Origin: Christensenellaceae bacterium
Lineage (GTDB): Bacteria > Bacillota > Clostridia > Christensenellales > Borkfalkiaceae
DNA: 64,000 nt
Direction of reading: 5' to 3'
Assembly (NCBI GenBank): GCA_045637285.1
Contig: JAZTZE010000010.1
Coordinates: forward strand, 9,249 to 73,248
A model generated the notes under the pieces. It was not told the DNA's origin. It saw only the letters and a list, made by a program, of their open reading frames with translations, and did no database searches. Both the position numbers and the translations under genes were made by a program. Shown in pieces: positions 25,123-35,145 of this stretch (position 1 is its first letter; the number at the start of each line of letters is the position of its first letter).

Positions 25123-26772
25123 TTGTTCGTAGTTGGCAGATTGTTTTACGTTCAAGTTATTTGGGGGGAAGATTTGCAAGAAAAGGCAATCGACCAGTGG
25201 ACGAGAGAAATTCCAGTTGTTGCAAGTCGCGGAAAAATAGTAGATTGCAACGGCGTGGTTCTTGCGGACAACGACGACACTTATACCGTATTCGTAAGAA
25301 AATCCGCTATAAAAGACGTTTCGTTGCTTTCACAAAAGCTTTCAGATTGTTTGGGCGTTGACTACGATTGGGTTGTTAAACGCCTTACAACTACTCATTC
25401 AAGCGAAGTTACGGTAAAGAAGCAGGTTGAAAAGCAAAGCATATCTAAGCTATTGAATGAAAACTTATCGGGAGTGTATTATTCAAGAGATAATTCACGA
25501 GTATATCCATATAACGACTTTTTGTCTGCAATAATCGGCTTTACTTCAAGTGACGGAAACGGGCAGTCAGGATTAGAACTTTATTACGATAAATATTTAT
25601 CTGGCATAAACGGTGAAATATTATACGAAACGGATATAGTTGGCGTGGAAATAATGGGCGGAAAAGCAAGTTACATTCCCGCTACAAACGGACTCAATTT
25701 AAAGTTGACAATTGACTACGACGTGCAACAGCTATGTGAATCTGCGATGGAACAAGCAATGCAGGTGCATACGCCAAAGTCTGCGAAAATGCTCGTTATA
25801 GATCCGAGTTGTGGTGAAGTTAGAGCCATGTGCATAAAACCGTCCTTTAACTTAAACGAAGTTCCAAGAGACGATTTGGAGTTGCTTAACTCGCTAAACA
25901 GAAACGGGTTGGTGTGCGACGTTTACGAGCCAGGTTCAACGTTTAAGGTGCTAACGGCAGCCGCAAACATAGAAGAATATTTAAACGGAAATAAAAACGC
26001 ATTTTCACTTACTCATAAGTTTAACAGTTCACGATATAGATACGTTGACGGGCAAAGGGTAAAGTGTTGGAATAATCATGAAAAGGGTAAGCACGCAAGC
26101 CTTGATTTGCAAGGGGCGTTAAATAATAGTTGTAACCCAATATTCGTTGATATTGCGATGTCGTTAGGCAAACAGAAAATGTATGAATATATAGAAGCGT
26201 TTAATTATGGAAAAGTTTCGGGAATAGACTTTAACGGCGAAGCTCAGGGAATGGTTTTGCCAATGTCAGTTGTTCAAAACGTAGATCTTGCAAGAATAGC
26301 GTTTGGGCAAACCATCGCGGTAACGGGGCTACAATTAGCTTGTGCTACGGCAGCAGCTGTTAACGGCGGATATTATTACACGCCCAAGTTAGTAAGTGAA
26401 ATATACGATGATAATGGGTTAATTGCTGAAAAAATGGATAAACAGTTAAAAAGTAGGGTGATAAGTGAAAAAGCGTCACAAATATTAAATCAAATGCTTG
26501 AAAAAGTTGTTTCAGAAGGCTCTGGTAAGCAGGCTTATATTGAAGGCTACGAAGTGGCAGGAAAAACAGGCACTGCACAAAAATATCAAAATGGGATTAT
26601 AGCGAGTGGGAAATACGTATCGTCTTTCGTTGGGTATTTTCCGGCAAGTGCTCCGAAGTATTTAGCCTTGGTAATTATAGACGAGCCGGTGGGGCAGTAT
26701 TACGGGAGCACCGTAGCCGCACCGTATGCCAAGCAGGTATTTGAAGGTATAATTGACCTTAAAGGACTATAA
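25123..26772 (+). CDS. Class B penicillin-binding protein (FtsI/PBP2B-type transpeptidase). True start is probably upstream at a non-canonical codon
   Basis: SxxK GSTFKV, SxN NNSCNP and KTG AGKTGTA. The first canonical start (TTG 25123) cuts into the TM anchor, and the frame is open from 25030. Confidence 0.85.
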   Translation: MFVVGRLFYVQVIWGEDLQEKAIDQWTREIPVVASRGKIVDCNGVVLADNDDTYTVFVRKSAIKDVSLLSQKLSDCLGVDYDWVVKRLTTTHSSEVTVKKQVEKQSISKLLNENLSGVYYSRDNSRVYPYNDFLSAIIGFTSSDGNGQSGLELYYDKYLSGINGEILYETDIVGVEIMGGKASYIPATNGLNLKLTIDYDVQQLCESAMEQAMQVHTPKSAKMLVIDPSCGEVRAMCIKPSFNLNEVPRDDLELLNSLNRNGLVCDVYEPGSTFKVLTAAANIEEYLNGNKNAFSLTHKFNSSRYRYVDGQRVKCWNNHEKGKHASLDLQGALNNSCNPIFVDIAMSLGKQKMYEYIEAFNYGKVSGIDFNGEAQGMVLPMSVVQNVDLARIAFGQTIAVTGLQLACATAAAVNGGYYYTPKLVSEIYDDNGLIAEKMDKQLKSRVISEKASQILNQMLEKVVSEGSGKQAYIEGYEVAGKTGTAQKYQNGIIASGKYVSSFVGYFPASAPKYLALVIIDEPVGQYYGSTVAAPYAKQVFEGIIDLKGL

Positions 26773-26984
26773 ATATCGTTATAAATGGTATTATTGCCAA
26801 AACGACTTCGACAACTGGTGTTGTCTCTTGGCTATTTTGACGAGTAATTGTTTCTAACTTGCGTGTGCTTTTAAGGTATAAAAAAGTTAGTTTGAGTTTT
26901 ACGTTAATTGCCACAAAATGTAAAAATACTTATAGCTAAAAATAAATATGTACGCTAAGATGAAAAATATTTTGACTTTCGGAG

Positions 26985-28436
26985 ATGGAAATGAAGCTTT
27001 TAGACGTTATAAAAAATCTTGGCGTAGAAAAAGTAATCGGCGACACCGATTTGAATGTTAACGACCTTCAAATAGACAGTAATCAAGTGGGAAATAATAG
27101 CCTATTTATATGTATAAAAGGTAGGAATTACGATGGGCACGACTTTGTTAGGCAGGTTGAATCTTACGGGGCGTGCGCGCTTGTTACCGAGTGTGAATTG
27201 AATACTTCAATTACACAAATAATAGTTAAAGACTCAAGGCTCGCGCTGAGTGTTATTGCAAATAATTTTTACGGCAACGTTGATAAAAAGATGCGAATAG
27301 TTGCGGTAGTTGGAACTAACGGAAAAACTACGACAGCGCATTTAATTAGAAACGTTTTGGAAAGTTCAGGTATTAAATGTGGCGTTATCGGCACGTTAGG
27401 TGCGTTTTATGGCGACGAGTTTATAGAACTTGATTTAACCACGCCTGATCCTATACAATTAAACTCAATCTTAAAACAAATGTACGATTCGGGTGTTGCG
27501 ACCGTGGTTATGGAAGTGTCTGCACATGCAATACACTACCAAAAGGTAAAGGGAATAAAGTTTTATTCAGCCGTGTTTACTAACTTTTCACAAGACCATT
27601 TGGATTTCTTTAACGATATGGAAAGTTATAGAAAGGCTAAGGTAAAGTTTTTCGAACAAAACGATTGTGAGTTTGTGGTTGCAAACAGTGATGATGAAGT
27701 TGGTGTTCAAATTGGTTCTATATGTAAAAAAACGTTAACTTACGGTGTGGATAACCCGTCTGACGTTTTTGCTATAGATATTAAAAGTAACGAGTTTGGC
27801 TCTGAGTTTATTATAAATTTATTCGATTGTGTTTTTAACGTTAGATTGAACTTGATTGGAAAATTTAACGTCTATAACGCACTTGCTTCGGCGTGTACTT
27901 GCGCGTTACTTGGCGTTAAGCCAGTATGTATTATTAAGGCGTTAAATTGTGTGAGCGGTGTTTCTGGAAGGTTGGAAAATATTTACGACGGGGAATATAA
28001 AGTGTTCATAGATTACGCGCACACTCCCGACGGGCTGAAAAAGTTATTAGAATCATTAAAAGCTATCACTAAAAATAGGTTGATAAGCGTTTTTGGGTGT
28101 GGTGGGAATAGAGATGTGACCAAGCGAGAGCAGATGGGTAAAATCAGTGCCACTATTGCTGACCTTACCGTGGTGACTTCTGATAATCCACGTTACGAAG
28201 AACCCATGGATATAATACGACAAATTGAAAAGGGCGTGTTATCTGAAAGCAAAAGGTTTATAAGTATAGAAGATAGAAAGGAAGCAATATTTTATGCTTT
28301 ACAAGTCGCAAAAAAAGATGACGTGGTTATTATATCGGGCAAAGGGAGCGAGAAGTATCAAGAAGTTCTCGGTATAAAAAAACCCTATAATGACAAAGAT
28401 ACGATTAACGAATTTTTTAGGAGAAAAATTGATTGA
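26985..28436 (+). CDS. murE: UDP-N-acetylmuramoyl-L-alanyl-D-glutamate--2,6-diaminopimelate ligase
   Basis: GTNGKTTT, and the DNPR motif (SDNPRYEEP) suggesting meso-DAP specificity. ATG 26991 is an alternative start. Confidence 0.92.
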   Translation: MEMKLLDVIKNLGVEKVIGDTDLNVNDLQIDSNQVGNNSLFICIKGRNYDGHDFVRQVESYGACALVTECELNTSITQIIVKDSRLALSVIANNFYGNVDKKMRIVAVVGTNGKTTTAHLIRNVLESSGIKCGVIGTLGAFYGDEFIELDLTTPDPIQLNSILKQMYDSGVATVVMEVSAHAIHYQKVKGIKFYSAVFTNFSQDHLDFFNDMESYRKAKVKFFEQNDCEFVVANSDDEVGVQIGSICKKTLTYGVDNPSDVFAIDIKSNEFGSEFIINLFDCVFNVRLNLIGKFNVYNALASACTCALLGVKPVCIIKALNCVSGVSGRLENIYDGEYKVFIDYAHTPDGLKKLLESLKAITKNRLISVFGCGGNRDVTKREQMGKISATIADLTVVTSDNPRYEEPMDIIRQIEKGVLSESKRFISIEDRKEAIFYALQVAKKDDVVIISGKGSEKYQEVLGIKKPYNDKDTINEFFRRKID

Positions 28437-29416
28437 AAACGTTGATTGTATCTGTAATTTTCTCGCTTTTTCTAAGTTTAGTAACAGGCGCGTTAAGCAT
28501 ACCTTTGTTAAGAAGAATAAAAGCGGGGCAACCAATATTAAAATACGTTGAAACACATAAAGAAAAAAGCGGTACGCCGACTATGGGCGGACTGTTTTTT
28601 ATTTTTTCGGCGGTAGTGGTGTTTGCTGTGTTAGGCGGGCTAAAAAGCCGTGTTGCCAGCGTATCTGTTGCGATAGGCGGTGCTTTTTTAATAGTAGGGT
28701 TGTTAGATGATTTTATAAAAGTAAAATTTAAGAAAAACCAAGGCTTAAAAGCATATCAAAAAATTATATTTCAAATTTCTATTGCAATTATTGCAGGGGT
28801 GTTTACTTATGTGAACGGTATGACGGTGTATATCTTGCCATTTAGCAATCGAGCGGTTAACGTTGGCATTTACACGATTCCTATCGTCGCGTTAATTTTT
28901 ATTGCGATAACGAACAGCGTGAATTTGACCGACGGGTTGGACGGTCTTGCTTCGAGCGTTAGCGTAGTGTATCTGTTGGGAATTATAGCGTTGATATACG
29001 TTCAAACCAACTTGCTCAATCATTTGTATTTGTTGATTGAAGAATATCGAGCCGTTCAAACGCTTTGTGCTTGTTTAATAGGCGCATTGCTCGGCTTTTT
29101 GGTTTTTAATCAAAGCAAGGCAAAAGTGTTTATGGGGGATACTGGTTCGCTTTCTTTGGGTGGATTTATCGGTGCGGTAAGTATTTTTTCAGCCAATACG
29201 TTTTTTATTCCTATTTTAGGCATAATGTTCGTGATTTCAAGCATATCGGTAATAGTGCAAGTGTTGCACTTTAAACGCACGAAAAAACGGGTGTTTCTTA
29301 TGGCTCCCTTGCACCATCATTTTCAGTTGAAAGGATATACGGAAACACAAATAACTTATTGTTATTCACTCGTTACAATGTTTATGGTAATGTTATCGGT
29401 GTATTCATATTTATGA
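28433..29416 (+). CDS. mraY: Phospho-N-acetylmuramoyl-pentapeptide transferase
   Basis: TPTMGG, NSVNLTDGLDGLA, FMGDTGSLSLGG and APLHHHF. TTG start follows AGGAG. Confidence 0.95.
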   Translation: MKTLIVSVIFSLFLSLVTGALSIPLLRRIKAGQPILKYVETHKEKSGTPTMGGLFFIFSAVVVFAVLGGLKSRVASVSVAIGGAFLIVGLLDDFIKVKFKKNQGLKAYQKIIFQISIAIIAGVFTYVNGMTVYILPFSNRAVNVGIYTIPIVALIFIAITNSVNLTDGLDGLASSVSVVYLLGIIALIYVQTNLLNHLYLLIEEYRAVQTLCACLIGALLGFLVFNQSKAKVFMGDTGSLSLGGFIGAVSIFSANTFFIPILGIMFVISSISVIVQVLHFKRTKKRVFLMAPLHHHFQLKGYTETQITYCYSLVTMFMVMLSVYSYL

Positions 29417-29423
29417 GGTAAAA

Positions 29424-30764
29424 ATGTACGTTAAAAATCAAATTTTCTTTGTGATGGGTGTGTCTAAAAGCGGTTTTGCCGTGGCGAAGCATATTTTGCT
29501 TAACGGCGGAAAATGTTTTATATACGAACAACTTAAAAGTCAAAGAATAACTAAGTCGATAGACGAGCTTGTTAGTATGGGTGCGATAAACTTAAAAGAT
29601 GAAGACGTTGACGCAACGCTTTCTATATCAGACGTTTTGGTTATAAGCCCCGGAGTGCCGATAAATCACGAAGTTGCGGTAAAAGCTAAAAAGCTCGGCA
29701 AGCGCATTATTGGCGAACTTGAATATGCATATTTGCAATTTACTCCGCCAATAGTTGCCGTTACGGGAACGAATGGGAAAACGACTACAGTAACTATAAT
29801 AGACGAAATATTTAAACGTCAGGGGTTAGAGTCGCACTTGGTGGGTAACGTTGGCATACCCATGTCTGAAAAACTTGGCGACGTTGGTAAAAACGGTGTA
29901 ATGGTTGCTGAAGTTTCAAGTTTTCAATTAGAAAGCACGAACGCCTTTTGTCCGCACGTTTCTTGCATTACCAATATTGCGCCTGACCACTTAGAGCGAC
30001 ACTATAGTATGGAAAATTACGTCTTTTTAAAAAAGAAAATATTTAAAAACCAAAAAGAAAGCGAATATTGTGTTCTTAATTTTGACGATAGTGCTGTTAG
30101 GGGATTTTATTCAGAAATAAAAGCCAAGGTTGTTTGGGTTTCGTTGATAGAAGAAGTAGAAGGAGCGTATAGAAAGGATGGAAAACTTTATTATTACGGG
30201 CAAATGATTATAGAAGAAGAAAAACTTAAAATTCGTGGAGAACACAACGTTTACGACGTGTTGTTTGCGATTGCTTGCGCTTGCATTATGGGTGTTGAAG
30301 CAGATGTTATAAGTCAAGTGTTGCAAGAATTTAAAGGGGTAAAACATAGGATAGAGCACATTTGCGAAAAAAATGGAGTTACATATTATAACGACTCTAA
30401 AGCGACCAACACTGCTTCTACGATAAGTGCGATAGAGAGTATGGTTAAGCCCACGGTGTTGATACTGGGTGGGAGTGAAAAAGGGGAAAAATACGAGCAA
30501 CTGTTTGAAAAAATAAAAGCGAGTCCTATTCGGCACGTCGTTCTTACCGGTGCTTCAAGATATAAAATGCTTGATTGTGCTGGCAGAGTCGGATATGCTA
30601 ATTTGACTGTTACTGCAAACTTTAATCACGCGGTAAAAATTGCGGGTATGGTGGCCGAGCAAGGTGATTGCGTTTTGCTTAGTCCTGCATGCGCGAGCTT
30701 TGATAGTTTTGACGGATATGAAGAAAGGGGTAATGCATTCAAGGCTGTCGTGGAGGAGATGTGA
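29424..30764 (+). CDS. murD: UDP-N-acetylmuramoylalanine--D-glutamate ligase
   Basis: VTGTNGKTTT and DSKATN, with Mur ligase architecture. Confidence 0.93.
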   Translation: MYVKNQIFFVMGVSKSGFAVAKHILLNGGKCFIYEQLKSQRITKSIDELVSMGAINLKDEDVDATLSISDVLVISPGVPINHEVAVKAKKLGKRIIGELEYAYLQFTPPIVAVTGTNGKTTTVTIIDEIFKRQGLESHLVGNVGIPMSEKLGDVGKNGVMVAEVSSFQLESTNAFCPHVSCITNIAPDHLERHYSMENYVFLKKKIFKNQKESEYCVLNFDDSAVRGFYSEIKAKVVWVSLIEEVEGAYRKDGKLYYYGQMIIEEEKLKIRGEHNVYDVLFAIACACIMGVEADVISQVLQEFKGVKHRIEHICEKNGVTYYNDSKATNTASTISAIESMVKPTVLILGGSEKGEKYEQLFEKIKASPIRHVVLTGASRYKMLDCAGRVGYANLTVTANFNHAVKIAGMVAEQGDCVLLSPACASFDSFDGYEERGNAFKAVVEEM

Positions 30765-31891
30765 TGTTAAAGCGGTTATTGATAAAAAGTAAAAAAAATA
30801 AAACGTACGGCGACTACTTACTGTTAGTCGCCGTCGTTCTTCTTGCGATTATAGGAACTGTGTTTATTTATTCTGCGAGTAACTATACCGCTAAAAAAAC
30901 CTACGGCGACCCCTTTTATTTTGTAAAGAAGCAGATAATCGGAATCGTTTTAGGTTTGTGTGTGATGATTGTTTTATGTAATTATGATTATTTTAAATTA
31001 AAGAAGTTCACAAGAGTGGTTTCAATAGTTAGTATAGTTTTGCTTGCGCTTGTATTCGTGCCGGGGGTTGGTGTTGAAAATTATGGAGCAAAGCGGTGGA
31101 TAGGCGTGGGTGGCGCAACGCTTCAACCGTCAGAAGTGGCAAAGTTCGCATTAATTTTATTTAGCGCAAACTACGTTAGTAATCACCCCGAAAGAATTAA
31201 AAAATTTTGGGGCATTATTCCCGTTTTGCTTTTTGGTGGAAGCGTTTGTTGTTTGATAATAATCGAGCCAAATATGTCTATAACCGTTTGCGTTGCGTTA
31301 CTAATGATGACTATGTTGTTGGTTGGCGGGATGAGAATAAAGCATTTTTTTCTTTTAGCACTTCCTGCTGTTGTTTTCGGTGTGGTGCTTATATTGGTTG
31401 AACCTTATAGATTGAGCAGATTGATGGCGTTCATAAACCCATGGTCTAACCCCAAAGGCGAAGGCTATCAATTACTACAATCTTTGTATGCGCTCGGTTC
31501 AGGTGGTTGGTTTGGCGTAGGGCTTTTTAATTCTCGCCAAAAGTTTGCTTTTTTGCCGTTTGCGGAATCCGATTTTATTCTGTCGGTAATTGGTGAAGAA
31601 ATTGGCTTTGTCGGGCTATTTTTCTTTTTTGCTTTATTGTTTTTTATCGTGTATCGCGGGCTTAAAATTGCGTCGAGAGCAAAAGACGTTTTTGGGTTTA
31701 TGTTAGCGGTTGGCATAACTATGATTTTTGGGATACAAACTATAATAAACGCGCTTGTGGTTACGGGTAGTATTCCGCCGACTGGGCTTCCGCTCCCGTT
31801 GGTTTCAAGCGGTAATACGTCTATAATAATTTTTATGGCGGAAATGGGCGTGCTTCATAACGTTTCAAGACAAGGTTCTTTAACTTTTTAG
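30761..31891 (+). CDS. ftsW: SEDS-family peptidoglycan polymerase FtsW/SpoVE
   Basis: 376 aa polytopic protein. ...GAKRWIGVGGATLQPSEVAKF..., ...FAESDFILSVIGEEIG..., and PPTGLPLPLVSSGNTS. Confidence 0.9.
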   Translation: MMLKRLLIKSKKNKTYGDYLLLVAVVLLAIIGTVFIYSASNYTAKKTYGDPFYFVKKQIIGIVLGLCVMIVLCNYDYFKLKKFTRVVSIVSIVLLALVFVPGVGVENYGAKRWIGVGGATLQPSEVAKFALILFSANYVSNHPERIKKFWGIIPVLLFGGSVCCLIIIEPNMSITVCVALLMMTMLLVGGMRIKHFFLLALPAVVFGVVLILVEPYRLSRLMAFINPWSNPKGEGYQLLQSLYALGSGGWFGVGLFNSRQKFAFLPFAESDFILSVIGEEIGFVGLFFFFALLFFIVYRGLKIASRAKDVFGFMLAVGITMIFGIQTIINALVVTGSIPPTGLPLPLVSSGNTSIIIFMAEMGVLHNVSRQGSLTF

Positions 31892-31937
31892 TTGTGTTTT
31901 CCATAATATGATATATCTATACGAATAGGAGAGCATT

Positions 31938-33188
31938 ATGGAAAAATACGTTATAAACGGGGGTAAGAGATTAGACGGTTGTGTGACTATAGAAAGTGCT
32001 AAAAACTCAGTATTACCACTTTTAGCCGCGTGCGTATTAACGGACGAACAAGTAGTAATAAAAAACTGCCCCAAAATTGAAGACGTTTTAAGCATGATAA
32101 AAATACTTAATTCTATTGGTGTAAAGACTCGGTTTGAATCAAAAAATCTTATCGTTGATGCAAGTGGGATAAATTCGTTTAGCATAAACGAAGATTTGGC
32201 GAAGGAGCTTAGGTCTTCGGTTTTTATGATGGGTGCGTTGCTATCGAGAACGGGAAAGGCAAGGTTGTTTTTTCCGGGCGGGTGCGATATAGGGCTTAGA
32301 CCGATAGATTTACACTTGAGCGCGTTAAAAGAGCTCGGTGTAAGCGTGAAAGAAATGAATGGTGAAATAATATGCGAAGCGGATAAAGTTTATGGGCGAG
32401 AAGTGTATTTAGACTACCCGTCCGTTGGGGCTACTGAAAACTTAATGCTCGTTGCAGTTATGGCACAGGGCAAAACCGAAATACATAATCCAGCCAAAGA
32501 ACCCGAAATAATCGACTTGATGAAGTTTTTAAATTCCATGGGGGCAAAAATTTACGGAGCAGGGACTTCAACTATACTAATTGAAGGGGTAAAAAGACTG
32601 CATGGAACGGAGTTTTTGCCTATTTCGGATAGAATCGAAGCGGGAACTTTTTTGCTTGCCACGGCTATAACGGGCGGAGAGGTGGAATTAAGTAATTGCC
32701 AAGCAAAAAATATTTCTTCTTTATTACATAAATTATGTAATAATACTTGTAAAGTTAGTATAAAAAATGATATAATATATTTAAAAAGTGGGGTTGGGAG
32801 AAAAAGCTTCTCTTTTTCTACTGGTCCATACCCGTTTTTCCCCACCGATTTGCAAGCTCAAACGATGGCGTTGCTCGCTGTTAGCGACGGGGTTTCCGTC
32901 GTTACGGAAAACGTGTTCGAGATGCGTTTTAAGCACGTAGCTGAGTTTATAAAGATGGGGGCAGACGTTTCGGTAAAGGGAAGGTCGGCAATTATAAATG
33001 GTGTTAGCGGGTTGAACGGCGCAACAGTAACCGCGCACGATCTTAGGGGCGGAGCGGCTCTCGTGCTGGCGGGGCTTAACGCTCGCGGGCAAACTACTAT
33101 TGAAGAAGTAAAGCACATTAAGCGCGGATATTTGGATTTTGACAAAAAATTACGTGCGATAGGTGCAGACATAAAATTATTGGAATAG
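31938..33188 (+). CDS. murA: UDP-N-acetylglucosamine 1-carboxyvinyltransferase
   Basis: 416 aa. ...SAKNSVLPLLAA... and the active-site loop FPGGCDIGLRPIDLH (Cys retained). Confidence 0.93.
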   Translation: MEKYVINGGKRLDGCVTIESAKNSVLPLLAACVLTDEQVVIKNCPKIEDVLSMIKILNSIGVKTRFESKNLIVDASGINSFSINEDLAKELRSSVFMMGALLSRTGKARLFFPGGCDIGLRPIDLHLSALKELGVSVKEMNGEIICEADKVYGREVYLDYPSVGATENLMLVAVMAQGKTEIHNPAKEPEIIDLMKFLNSMGAKIYGAGTSTILIEGVKRLHGTEFLPISDRIEAGTFLLATAITGGEVELSNCQAKNISSLLHKLCNNTCKVSIKNDIIYLKSGVGRKSFSFSTGPYPFFPTDLQAQTMALLAVSDGVSVVTENVFEMRFKHVAEFIKMGADVSVKGRSAIINGVSGLNGATVTAHDLRGGAALVLAGLNARGQTTIEEVKHIKRGYLDFDKKLRAIGADIKLLE

Positions 33189-33201
33189 GTTATACGAAAA
33201 T

Positions 33202-33984
33202 ATGAACACAAAGAAAATATCGGTAATCTTAATGGCGGTGGCGTTTTTTATCGTTGCAATTGTTTCGTGCATCGGTGTTTTAACGGTTAAAGACGTTAAC
33301 GTAACTTACGCGGTTTCTGACCAAACGGATGCTCGCGCTATTCAAGTTGCGCTTGATAAAACGATTGGCAAGAACTTGTTGTTCTTATCTGAAGAAGAAG
33401 TTAAGGAAACTTTAAAGGGCAACCATTATATGGAAGTCCTTTCTGTGGACAAGCAGTTTCCTAACGTGGTTAAAGTTGAAGTAAAAGAACGTAGGGAAGT
33501 TTATTACACCGAATACGAAGGTCAAACTTACGTTACTGACGAAAAGGGCTTTGTTCTAAAGCAAGGTCTTCCGAGCGGTGAGCAAAGGGAAATAATAAAA
33601 CTCGTTCTCGGTGATGGAATCGTGCTTTCACAGGTTGCCCCCGGAAGTTATATTAAAACTGATAACGACGAGCTTTTGTCGCTCGTGTTTAATATTGCAA
33701 AAAGTGTTAATCTTACCGATTGCATAGAAAGCATTTTCGTTGAAAGAGCACTTGGATACAACGATGAATACGACGTTGTTTTTAAGGCGTATACCGGCGT
33801 TGAGTTGCGAGTATTAAAAGTGCTTCAAAACGGCAAAGAAAAAGCAAAAAATGCGTTTAAGGCTTACGATGAGAAATTAACCGACTATCAAAAGTTTTCA
33901 GGTGAAATATTGTCGTTGCTCACAGACGATGGCAAATATATGGTCAACTATAACGGTATAAACGTTATGACTATCGAACAATAG
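33202..33984 (+). CDS. ftsQ: Cell division protein FtsQ/DivIB
   Basis: 260 aa. N-terminal TM plus POTRA-like region. Sits between mur genes and ftsA. Confidence 0.7.
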   Translation: MNTKKISVILMAVAFFIVAIVSCIGVLTVKDVNVTYAVSDQTDARAIQVALDKTIGKNLLFLSEEEVKETLKGNHYMEVLSVDKQFPNVVKVEVKERREVYYTEYEGQTYVTDEKGFVLKQGLPSGEQREIIKLVLGDGIVLSQVAPGSYIKTDNDELLSLVFNIAKSVNLTDCIESIFVERALGYNDEYDVVFKAYTGVELRVLKVLQNGKEKAKNAFKAYDEKLTDYQKFSGEILSLLTDDGKYMVNYNGINVMTIEQ

Positions 33985-33998
33985 GAAGGGTGTAAACG

Positions 33999-35111
33999 AT
34001 GCAAAAGAAACAAGTTGCGGTAATAGACGTTGGCTCGTCTAAAATAACTGCGGTAATAGGCGAAAGGGGAACGAACAAAACCTTTATTATCAAGGGCAGA
34101 TACTCTTGTGAATACGAAGGTTTTGAAGATGGCGTTTTCTTTGACATAAAAAACATGCAAAGCGCACTCGGTTATGTGGCTAACGAAATAAAGAAAAATC
34201 TTCTTAACGGCGTGCAAACGGTTTATGTGGGCGTTCCAGGGGACTTTACCAAGGTGTTTATGAAGGATAGCCAAATTTCCTTTGCTAAAAAGAAGAAAAT
34301 CACCGAAGAAGACGTTGATGCGTTATTTGACGGTGCGTTTATGTTGGGTTCGACGTCGCACACTCTTATCAATCGTTCAGCGATAGTTTATGAATTAGAC
34401 GACTTCCGTCGTTTAGCAAATCCCGTTGGTTCAATTAGTGAAATTTTAAACGGCAAGCTTTCTTTCGTATTATGTTCAAACTATTTTATTGATGCGGTTA
34501 AAATGGTGCTCGAACAAGCTGGGATAAATAACGTAGAATTCGTTTCAACCGCACTTGCGCAAGCACTTTATTTGGTTGATGCCGAAGCAAGAGATAGAAT
34601 AGCGGTTCTTGCAGACGTTGGATATATTACTACCAACGTGACCATTATTCAAGGTGACGGACTTGTTTGTCAGCACACTTTCCCGTTTGGTGGCGGATAT
34701 ATAACGGCAGGAATAGTGGATAAGTTTTCAATTCCGTTTGACGTTGCGGAAAAGTTGAAGAGAAAAGTTAATTTAAGTTGTGTTTCTTCATCAACGTCAT
34801 TTGACGTATTGGACGGTGAAAACGGAGATTATTACCCAATAAGTGGTGTTAAAGATGCTGTTTTTAGCAGTCTTGATGCATTATGTGAAAGTCTTTCGGG
34901 GTTTATTGACGGTTGCGGATTTGTTCTTCCGGATTACGTTCCGCTTATGATAACAGGCGGGGGTATTACTTATATCCGTGGAGCAAAAGAGCACGTTTCT
35001 TCCAGACTGGGCATGGCTGTGACTGTTGTTGCGCCAAAAGTTCCACTAATGGACAAGCCCACTGAATCCACGTTGCTTTCGTTATTAGACTTAGCACTTG
35101 AACAAAAATAA
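33999..35111 (+). CDS. ftsA: Cell division protein FtsA (short form, 370 aa)
   Basis: Actin-like fold with VAVIDVGSSKITAVIG and ...ITGGGITYIRGA.... Immediately upstream of ftsZ. Confidence 0.85.
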   Translation: MQKKQVAVIDVGSSKITAVIGERGTNKTFIIKGRYSCEYEGFEDGVFFDIKNMQSALGYVANEIKKNLLNGVQTVYVGVPGDFTKVFMKDSQISFAKKKKITEEDVDALFDGAFMLGSTSHTLINRSAIVYELDDFRRLANPVGSISEILNGKLSFVLCSNYFIDAVKMVLEQAGINNVEFVSTALAQALYLVDAEARDRIAVLADVGYITTNVTIIQGDGLVCQHTFPFGGGYITAGIVDKFSIPFDVAEKLKRKVNLSCVSSSTSFDVLDGENGDYYPISGVKDAVFSSLDALCESLSGFIDGCGFVLPDYVPLMITGGGITYIRGAKEHVSSRLGMAVTVVAPKVPLMDKPTESTLLSLLDLALEQK

Positions 35112-35145
35112 ATAACACGTTTGTAAAGAAAAGGAGTATAGATAT

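Noticed and set aside
26773-26984. 212-nt gap inside the dcw cluster between pbp and murE (small hairpin GACAAC-tggt-GTTGTC and a 20-codon ORF)
   Set aside because: There is no RBS for the mini-ORF, the hairpin is short and lacks a convincing U-tract, and I recognise no RNA motif. It is probably an internal promoter or spacer.
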